A DNA stretch of 64,000 bases from Octopus bimaculoides (Eukaryota), in contig NC_068982.1 of assembly GCF_001194135.2 (NCBI RefSeq), forward strand, positions 39,866,616 to 39,930,615, written 5' to 3'. The notes below the pieces were generated by a model that did no database searches, was not told the DNA's origin, and saw nothing but the letters and a program-made list of their open reading frames with translations. Both the position numbers and the translations under genes were made by a program. Every line of letters starts with the position of its first letter. Position 1 is the stretch's first letter. Shown in pieces: positions 53,881-64,000 of the stretch.

Positions 53881-53918
53881 CTTTTTACGTTACGAGCCTA
53901 CGCTCTTCGACAGAAAGG
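53881..53918 (-). ncRNA. Decayed or variant hammerhead motif
   Basis: Minus strand: uuu CUGUCGA a gagc guag gcuc GUA acgu A aaa. Perfect stem II and ACGU palindrome, but A6>U and A13>U in the core. Related to the 2459-2493 motif. Confidence 0.3.
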
Positions 53919-55289
53919 AATAAGAGAGAGAAAAAATGAAGTGCGAATGAAAAAAATGGGGAGAGAAAAAAAACAGTGTAGAGTTCAGCGGTCTAATATT
54001 TATATACATAAAAAGGTAAATGTAGGAATAAGCGAATTAGACAGAGCAATATATATGGTGTGTTGAATACATGAAATACAAAAACAGTATATATGTATAA
54101 ACATAAAAATGTCCAACTTACACAGATTAGAAATGATATAGAGAATTAAATGGGTGAGGAAGAATATCACAAATCCAACAGCTATCTGTGGTGGCTAGGT
54201 GGTCAATAATAATGTTTGTAGATTGATTCCATCACAGGATGAGACGGATTCCATCTTTGAAATTCTCTTCAATGTAAGATCTCTCCCCAGTGTAAGTCGG
54301 AACTGTTTTTATGTATACATTTTTGCATTTCATGTATTTAATACATCTTATATATTCATCTGTCTAATTCGCTTATTCCTACATTTACTTCTATACCCGA
54401 TCAAGTATAAATCTCTTGAGCACTACTGAGTGTATTCTATACGGAAAGTATTTGGATCCCATCTATGAACTATATATATATATATATATACGCACACACA
54501 TACATATATACATATAAGTATGTATGTATGTTATATTTTTATCTACGTATAGACAGATATATAAATTTAGACTTAGAAAGAGAAAGAGAGAGAGAGAGAG
54601 AGTGACAGGCGCACACTGACACACACAAATACATCCATGGCAACTGTAATTCACAGGCTAAACGTTCGAATGACCTCGAATACATCTAAAGAAGCAATTA
54701 TGTAAACTTCAGACTTGAACAGGCCTACCAATTATTGAGCTTTATTGAAGAAAAAACAACAAAAACAAATTTTTAGTGAAATCGCATAATATAATTTCTG
54801 TTTCACATTTTTTTTTCTTTTTCAAGTGTATGTTTTTGTTATGTGCAAGGTAGCATTTTTGCTTTTCTTTCATAGCTGCTTTCATTTTAATCTCAGCGTG
54901 GACAAATTAATGAACAAATGGCATAAAATATATCGGTAGCGATTAGGCATTATTCACACTTAACAGAATTATTAAGTACTTCTCAGTATATTCTCGAAAG
55001 TTATATTCCAAAATATCAGGTGTCTCACTTAACGTCAATTTATCGTGCTGGAGGCGAGCTTGGCGTAGTCAACAAAATGAAGTATTCAAACTCTTTGCAG
55101 CATCGTAACTAACGGTCCACATTTTCCCAAGTTAATTGATTTCTCATTGTGGAGAATATTCTCATAGATAAATAGATATTTATGTCGGAATTGATAAAAT
55201 AAGTATTAGTCAGGCAGTGGGGTTGGCGAAATCGAATAGCCCGCTCCAAAATTTCGGGCCTTGTGCCTATAGTAGAAAAGAATATCCTT

Positions 55290-55655
55290 TTCTTTTCTAA
55301 GTACAAGGCCCGAAATTTTGTGGGCGGGGACCCAGTCGATTAGAGCAACTCCAGTACGCAACTGGTACTTAATTTATCCACCCTGAAAGGTAAAGTCGAC
55401 CTCAGCGGAATTTGAACTGGCGTGCTAATGTTTCTCATTTCTTTATTTCCCACATGGGGCTAAACAATGACAGACAAACGGATTAAGTCGATTACATCGA
55501 CCCCAGTGCATAGCTGGTACTTTATTTATCGACCCTGAAAGGATGAAAGGTAAAGTCGACCTCGGCGGAATTTGAACTCAGAACGTAACGGTAGACGAAA
55601 TACCGCTAAGCATTTCACCGGGCGTGCTAACGTTTCTGCCAGCTCGCCGCCTTAA
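55290..55655 (-). mobile_element. SINE family B, full copy (55432-55655) plus an internally deleted copy (55290-55435)
   Basis: Minus head aaggcggcgagctggcagaaacgttagcacgcc and B-box-like gagttcaaattccgcc. The second copy repeats ctgaaaggtaaagtcgacctc. Confidence 0.85.
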
Positions 55656-56560
55656 TGTAGTACAAAAGAATATTATTGAAATGATTCTTTGTTTGCGTTG
55701 TTTTGATAGTAAATGTACTTTATTACTCGAAAAAATATTATTTTTACTGTAGGAATGTGTTGCAATTATTATTGTTTTCTCCTAAATTAGAATCTGGTCT
55801 TTTTATGCGCGTATTTCTTGATTTGTAACATTCACAATCGGTTTTGAATTCTTAATCTTGTTCTTTCTTAAATACGAATAGTATATGATTGGGAAATAGT
55901 GGATGTGTGAATGCTTAGAGTTTACCTCTATAGGCATGCAGCAACTGCTTCTGAGAAAATTATACAAGCTGCATCTAATTTATGATACAGCGAGAAATTT
56001 TTGGTCATGTGAATTAATCGGATATTTTTGATTTATATGAAAACTGTAGTTCTTTGGGCGGCAGTATTTCTACATTTCAAAGTAATGACTAGAACAAGCT
56101 TTCATTTACCAGAATGTTATATAATATCCCATAGTCATTAGATTCAGTCAAGTCTATACGGAGACACTTTCAGATTTCGTACTAATCGCATCAATCTAAT
56201 ATATTTGATCCATTTGTCCAGAATAGGAGACACTAGCCCATTAACCTCTTTGAATAAAAAGGAGTGATATCAATTTTGATGCAATTGTGATTACAAGCAG
56301 CGTTTTGTAAGTAAGAAGTAGATATCCACAAGTAGTGTCTTAATGCAATTTCTCCCTTTCCTTACACGAATTATTTACAAACACTTTTCGATCTGTCCAT
56401 TACGTTTCAGCACTGACTGCAAATATCTATGCCTACATACTTCTGTATGTGTGCGATAATATGTGTGTATCGGACATGCATGCATACACACACACACACA
56501 TATATACAAACTCACATATATTTATATATACGTACCTATACGTGTGTCTATCTATATGTG

Positions 56561-56645
<85 letters not shown>

Positions 56646-56649
56646 AGAT

Positions 56650-57374
56650 GAATATGGTACTTAAGATGAGGCACCAGAATTTACTACGGTATTATCCATA
56701 CAATTTCAAAGTAAGGGGATTAAAATCAAAATAAGCAACTCAATTTAATTAAACAACCCTATCGTTACATCAATTTAAAATGCAGAGCAATCCTCAGCTA
56801 CACAAAGATATAGAATTTAATTAGAATTTAATTAAATTAGAACAATTAGTATAATTATACCAAAAATTTCCAAGAAGTTAAGAAGATAAACAAATCACCA
56901 TGTTGCCTCTACTTCAGAGTAGAAGTTACAGAGTAACTTCTATGGTGAAGTAACTTCTATGCTAAGTAACTTCTGTGCTGAAGTAGAGGCAACATGTTCT
57001 TTGTCTATCTCCTTAACTTCTTGGAGATTTTAGGGATAATTATACTAATGTGTCTATCTGTTCTAATTTAATTCAATTCTATGTCTTTGGGCAGCTGAGG
57101 ATTGCTCCGCATTTTAAACTGATGTAATGATTGGATTGTTCAATTAAATGGAATTGCATGATACTGCGATCGTACTGCATTACCGCTGGATATCCTTGTT
57201 GTTTATTTTGATATATATATATATATATATANNNNNNNNNNNNNNNNNNNNNNNNNNNNNNNNNNNNNNNNNNNNNNNNNNNNNNNNNNNNNNNNNNNNN
57301 NNNNNNNNNNNNNNNNNNNNNNNNNNNNNNNNNNNNNNNNNNNNNNNNNNNNNNNNNNNNNNNNNNNNNNNNNN

Positions 57375-57430
<56 letters not shown>

Positions 57431-58560
57431 CAGAGAGAGATAGATAGATAGATAGTAAAAATAATAGTCTAAAGGAAGAGTAACTACGGTTAGGCAGTAT
57501 TTTAATCCTACGAATGTTTCGATACATACAGATCATCGTATATACAGGACTTAATGTTAAGTTCAAATCAAGTTGTTAACTATTTACCTGTGTAAGAAGA
57601 TCTATTTGCATCTCTTCAGGCGATACTCAGTTGCTGTCTCAGTGAGTAAATCTAGATTTCCATGCTACAACATCCATGGATTCTTCTATATAGATATAAC
57701 TATGTACATGAAAATGAGTAGACAAATGTATAAGCGTCTATGTATAGATGTGAATGTAGATGAGTATATGTATGCGTGTGTGCATCTGAATATATGTACA
57801 TATATTATATATATATATGCATGTATATGTGTACGTGTCTGGGTGTGAGTGTATATGTGTGTGTGTATGTGTGTATGTATGGAAACACTCAGTGATGTAT
57901 GGTATGTCGGTGTGTAAGTGATTGTATAAGTATGAGCTAATAGCTGAATGTATTCTGCATAATGGTACAGTTTGGCATGTACAGAATAATATGCTGAAAC
58001 TGAATAAATAAATAGACAACGTGCACATTGCAGCTCATGTCGAACGTGATAACACACGCAAACCCAGCGAATTGAAACCGTCAGCGTTTATTAGTTTTAA
58101 AGAAGAAGCCATGGATATTGCAGCATGGGAATCTAAATTTTGCTTACGGAAACAGCAACTGAGTATCGCCTGAGGAGATACATATACATCTACTTATACA
58201 GGTGAATAGTTAAATAATTTAATTTAAACTTAACTTTAAATCCTGTATATACGAGGATCTGCATGTATCGAAATATTTGTAGCGATTAAAAAGCTGCCTA
58301 ACCGTACTTATTTTTACTTTTGATAATTGAGATTCAGTTGAATTAGGTACTTAGGTTCAAGCACCAATCAGTCCGATATTATACGCACGGCCTGAAGGTG
58401 AATAAAATCAAAATAAGCAACAGGATTTCAAGTAGTGATACAGTACGACCGTTTAATTGAACAATGCAATCATTACATCAATTTAAATGCAATACCATCT
58501 TTAGCTGCAGAAATAAATTAATAGAAGTTTAACAAGTAGGACACATTAATATAACCTTTT
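56650..58560. repeat. Compound fold-back structure B-B'-gap-A'-spacer-A-B
   Basis: 56725-56925 vs 56975-57212 are inverted. 57460-57690 vs 58090-58325 are inverted. 58340-58560 repeats the start of 56655-56800. Confidence 0.75.
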
Positions 58561-61357
58561 ACAAGATGGAAGAAATTCATGTTCTCGCTATTGTAGCTAA
58601 GAATAGACTACACTTCCAAGAATCGCATGGAGCCTGAGGGGTGGGTGGGTCATAGTGTTGTAAGATATTTCTAATTTATTTATCACCTTATCAACTACTA
58701 TATCTAAGACTGTATCTAGTTTGAATAAAGGACAACAGTGAGTTGACTGTACATGACTAGGCATGGTCTTAAATATTGACATATGTATCTGTTTTCCTCA
58801 GGGTGCATTATAAAAATTATTTTGCGACACAAAGAAGACTTTATTCTTCATGTGCAAAAATTTAGGTTACGTATTTTAAGTTTCACTACTGACACTTAAC
58901 AATGTGTTACACATGATATTGAAATGTCTACTACATTCATTTCTGTTATATAACACGTCCTGCGTGATGCATTAGATTGATCACATAACGTCAAAATATG
59001 ATATCAAATAAAACAGATAAGTACACAGGCTAACAAACATTAACTAACTCCTCACTCAATTTATTAAGTATTTAGGCTTCACCTATCTAAAATGTTCAGC
59101 CTCATCTCCCATATCCTCTACAAAACCCTACTGCTGATAATTGTTTCTGACTGAAAAGCTTTCTTGAAATCTCTGCCTACGATCTTTCGACCAAAACAAT
59201 TAACAGCATTCTAGAACATTTTAGATAAACAATACTCATTGCAACTCTGTCGAAGACAAAATATCAAAAGCTTTTTCTCACCTGGAGATGCATGAAGATC
59301 AAAATCCGAATTCTTTGCTTCCTGAAGCTTATCACACACTGATCAGCACCAATGAGCGTACAGATAATCAAGCTGCAATTTAAAACTTTTGGCGTCTATT
59401 TCCCTTCAGTGTGAAATCGGAAATCAGTTTATCAGCTTTACAACGTAATCTAACACATATCGCATCATTATGAGTCATGGTTAGAAGTAATTACGCTACG
59501 CTTCGCGCCAAACGTGGCCACACATGGTCTACACGCAGGTATAAACGCTAGTTATTTAGCTCAATGTATTGTAACATAAATTAACTATTGTACTTATTCT
59601 CGGTCATCGTTTCAAAGATTATCAAAGAGAAATAGAATGTGCATTGGTCAAAAAGGTTTTAAAAGATATTGCGTAAAATGAGAAAAACAAATATGGTAAC
59701 AGATAATATTTATTCATAATGAGTTAAACTCTAATATATATATTTCATTGGTTTATGTAACCGTGTGACAGAAATTCTCACGGTCTCACTTTTATATAAT
59801 TACGGATACGATCATTAATAAAGAAGCTGATATTGAATAGCTGATTTAAGTTTTCCTAACTTCAGTTTGTGTGTATTAGTAATTTGTTTCATAAGACTTG
59901 AGGAGTGTTTAATCAATAAGTGTTCTATTTGCTTGGTCTGCTTCTTTAGGCATAAATAATGATTTTGCCAAGGTTGATTAATTAAAGGCTATCATGCTGG
60001 AAATTGAAATGACTGCTTGAGAGACAAAGAATATATATCTTATGACTGGTGATGTAGGTCGTGAATGAAGATAACTTTCATTATTTGACTCAGGAATAAA
60101 CAGGAAAGAAATGATGGAAACACCAAGATTTCTGTGCCGACACATATATGGAAAAATGCGAGATAGCACACTAAGTTACACACACACACACACACAAAAT
60201 CGCGCGCGTACATTCACTCACACACTTACCCCCACACGCATATACACACGTAAATGAAAATATCGCATGGAAATCAACGTTATACGACCATATGAATAAA
60301 CAGATGTATAACTCATGCAAAATTACGCTGTACGGTGCTCATAAACAGAGGGCGTTGTTGTGATCATAGAGAGCAGAAGCAACTGTTTTAAAGATGGTGG
60401 GGTGAGATATGAGGAATTTTCGTCTACTTTTTCTTACAGGTCAAGCGACCACGAAGAGACGCCTCCGTCGATTAGCGAAACACAAAATGAAAGAGATAAA
60501 TATAAAACACTATTAACATTAAATAAATCAGAAGGAAATGAAGTTGTAAAAGAATTCGAGTAGGCGGACGTAACATTAACAATTGCAGAGATTAAATGCA
60601 ACGATGTAGTGACCGAAGTAGAGAGATAGTCGAAGAGATGTTAAACAAATGAGATTGAGAAATAAAGAAAGGGTGAGTAAAATAGAGACTGCCAAGCACT
60701 TCATCAGAGATGAAATGCTGATTGATGTTATAGGATAAATTATGAATTGTAAGAGCGATGTAAAATTGTTATAACAGTCAAAAATAAAGGGTGGGGAAGA
60801 TGTGGGAGAAGAGGAAAGAGATGAGAAAAATGTTAGTAGAAGAAGGAGAGCAATGATAAATGCGAGACGAGGGGATATAAACAGAAAAGAAGATGGTGAG
60901 GAGGTAATGACGAAGGAATGTCACTTTGAATGGATTAAAATCAAAGTAATTTGTAATGAGCAATGTTCATTCTCTGTCCCTGCATTCTGCTAATCCGCTG
61001 TTATGGAGGCCACGACAAACGGAACATCCATCTGTTGCATCACAGTAAAGCTGCCTAAGAGGCAAGCTTAGACATCGAATGGTAGTCGCCTCGGGATACA
61101 CCTGCCTCTCATGGGACTGCTCCATTGCTACTGTCAAATGGAAATGTGGATAATAATTGGTTTACAAGTCGGTTATCCGCTCTGTGACAGGTATTGTTTT
61201 TAATCCTGCCGAGTGTCCGCAATAAGTAACAGAAGCAATGTAATCGACCATGAATCGATAATGCGAGATCTAGTACCGGGTCATAGTACTGCCAGAAGCA
61301 GAGCAAAGAATATACACCAGAACGAATGTAGATGTATATGTGAACATACGTGTGTGG

Positions 61358-61404
<47 letters not shown>

Positions 61405-61687
61405 TTTGTTTGTGTGTGTGTGTGTTTGTGTGTGTGTTCGTGTCGGTCTCTGCTTGAAGATTATAAAAAATGTATTTATATATATATATATATAAATTCT
61501 ACGAAATAGATGTTAATCGCTTTGGTCTAAATATATTATGTGTCGCTTTGAGTTTTTAATGTGCAAAAACATTTATATATATACCTAAACATATAAACAT
61601 ACAGATACAGACACACACACACGTGTGTTTGTTTGCATGCATACACATATATATAACTACTTGTGTCTAATATGTTTCATAAATAAT

Positions 61688-61910
61688 GTGGAAGCGCATG
61701 ACTTAGTGATTAGGGCGTTGAACTCGTGATCATAAGATTGTGGTTTCGATTCCTGTACCGGGCGACGCGAAATATTCTTGAACGAAATACTTTATTTCAC
61801 GTTGCTCCAGTCTACTCAGCTGGTACAAATAAGTAATCAAGGTGGGGAATGTATATGCCGTGGAAATCGAGAAACCGGCCCTTCTGAGTCAGCATTACTC
61901 TAGAAGGTAA
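61688..61910 (+). mobile_element. tRNA-derived SINE with CORE-like segment (family E, diverged)
   Basis: gacttagtgattagggcg (A box), ggtttcgattcctg (B box), actttatttcacgttgctccagtctactcagctgg (CORE-like). Confidence 0.7.
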
Positions 61911-64000
61911 CGTTTTTATTTTTGCTTCATAAATAACATTAAATATAGCTCACTAGAAATTATGTGCTTAACTGAAAATATGATTAATAAGTGTAATTCG
62001 ATATTCACTCTAGAAATCGTCAGAAAGAGCAAAGAATAGAGAAAGGATTGTTGTATGAGTGTAAGTCTGTGTGTAAGTTCGTGAGAGATAGAATTAAGTT
62101 TAGGGGAGGTTAATTAAAGAATTGGTCTGTTAATTGGCTAGAATGTAATCTATGAATTACTATAAATTATTTAGTATTGTTAAGAAGCAGGGGAGATGAG
62201 ATGATAGCATTCTTAATCATTAAAGGAGGCCTTAGATTGTTTGACCTCTGAGTGGAGGGAGTAGAAACGCATTAATATTTGGAATAAAAAATATAGAGAG
62301 ATCTGACAAGGTCATTGAATCAAACCGAAAACATGAGAAGAAAGAAAAGAATGGCGAAAGAAGAGAGAAGACATGAAATGTGGGTGAAGTAAAGAATATA
62401 GAAATGCGATAAAGATATGAGTGGAATTAGTGGAAGATAAATTAATGGGGAAAAAAAACAATTCTAAAGTCATTTGTATAAAAGTAATTTTTCATTCATT
62501 TACATTTTATTTACATTTTATTTCCACTTATTTTTATTTAATTATTTTGTTTAATTACTTCCACTTATTTGTTTTACCTACTTACAAAGAGAAAAGGGGT
62601 AGAGTGAAGAGAAATAATGATGAATAAAAGAGTGGTGAGAAAAAATTGAGGGAGATGAGGTGAAATAGGATGAACTAGAGAGGATGAAAAAGGAGAGAGA
62701 AAGGTGTAGAAACGTAGAAAGAGAGACAGACAGACAGATAGACGGACGGACGGAGACAGACAGAGCGAGACAGACAGACAGAGACAGAGAGACGGAGAAT
62801 ACGGGAGAGAGGAACGATGTTAGAAAAAGAGAACAGGATAAGGAGAAATAGGGAAACAGATAGATGGAGATTTCGTAGAGAATTGAAAAAAGCAAAATAT
62901 ATGCTACACCAATAAATTTTAACATTAGCAGAAGAATTTTTTGGATAAACAGAATTTATAAAAGAAGACGGAATGAGATCACAATTTAATTATATGAATA
63001 CCTCAGATTTGTCACACATACAAGTTTAATCACGTACGATCTTATGTATACCAACGCAATATTATTATAAAATAGAAAAAAAAAATAGAATTCAATATTT
63101 CTAAATAAGCACTCACAAATCTACATAAACGTGCGGGAATACAGATACCACCCACGCATTCACATACAGGAACAAACACACTCACACGCACTCATGTAAT
63201 TTTGCACGTAAGGCAAGAGTAGTTTAAATATTTTGAAAGAGCCCTACATACAAATATACATATAAAACTGTTCTATACCAAAATGTACAGAAGCGAGCAA
63301 TTACTGTAAAAAAGGTAAGGAGCTGGAAATATAAAAGAGACAAATATAAACGAAGCAGACGAAATGAAGAGATGGACAGTTTGAACAATATTTGTGGGGG
63401 TTTAGTAGAATTTAGCGGAATGTAAAGGCCAACAAAAATATTTATAGACGTAAACTCTAATACAAAGTACCATAACAAAAGGTGCAATTGAGTAAAATGA
63501 GAAGGCGGTAGCACTATAGTCTAAAAGAAAACTAATTTGAAGTCGTAATTTTCACATTTGATTTAATTATAAAGGTATCGACTCTTTCTGTTGGTATTAT
63601 TTTATTAGCACTGCCAATGATAATATATCCTGAGGAAGGAAGCACCTGTGATATACAGAGAGACAAAAGTAAATCAGGGAAGTAATCATTCAAATCAAAG
63701 TAACAGTGAAAACTAATCAATGTAATATAAAGCAACTCAGTGAGAGTCAATGGCGTTTCATTACCGTCTAGTTTGGCGACATTCAAAGTAATATGAAGGG
63801 AGAAAATGAGAGAAAGAAAAACATTGTCAACTTTAAAACATAACAAATGGAGCTAATAAGCAAATCCTCTTTGCAGTCGTTTGTCGTACTAGAAATAGCT
63901 GCCAAACTTACCCAAGATACGCTCCATATCGTTCTAAAAGAAGCAGCTACACATATACGAATATAAAACAAGATATACTAAAATTTAAAATGGATTTAGG

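Noticed and set aside
57505-57545. Hammerhead-like acgauga...gaaa in the A arms (also about 58245-58280)
   Set aside because: It lacks the CU of CUGANGA and stem II cannot form after A9.
59040-59400. Possible LINE RT fragment (ISKAF)
   Set aside because: Only a five-residue resemblance, with no supporting motifs in frame.

Overview
AT-rich, microsatellite-saturated animal genomic DNA with ten assembly gaps (2587-3275, 15593-15602, 25717-26019, 28772-29335, 34353-35212, 36288-36481, 37095-37493, 47233-47392, 49287-49302, 57232-57374). The SINE and microsatellite repertoire looks like an octopus/coleoid cephalopod genome; this is an inference from recalled repeat families, not a database result. 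I could not confirm any host protein-coding gene, and nearly all ORF-track entries are microsatellite or N-gap artefacts. Recognisable content is transposon-derived: three or more tRNA-derived SINE families, R4/Dong-like and RTE LINE remnants, Tc1/mariner remnants and a MITE, a 5' Helitron remnant, Penelope-like (PLE) GIY-YIG remnants, and several long inverted-repeat (fold-back) structures. The main hidden signal is nine type I hammerhead-ribozyme (HHR) motifs of about six unrelated sequence families on both strands, all folded by eye. The best cases are (i) a 471-bp tandem repeat flanked by gaps with an intact HHR in each unit (retrozyme/circRNA-like), (ii) an intact GUC HHR inside a perfect 42-bp inverted repeat, and (iii) a head-to-head pair of extended HHRs with (ACCTTT)n-like tails next to a Helitron. 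Five of the nine lie in 35.3-40.1 kb, interleaved with PLE endonuclease remnants.
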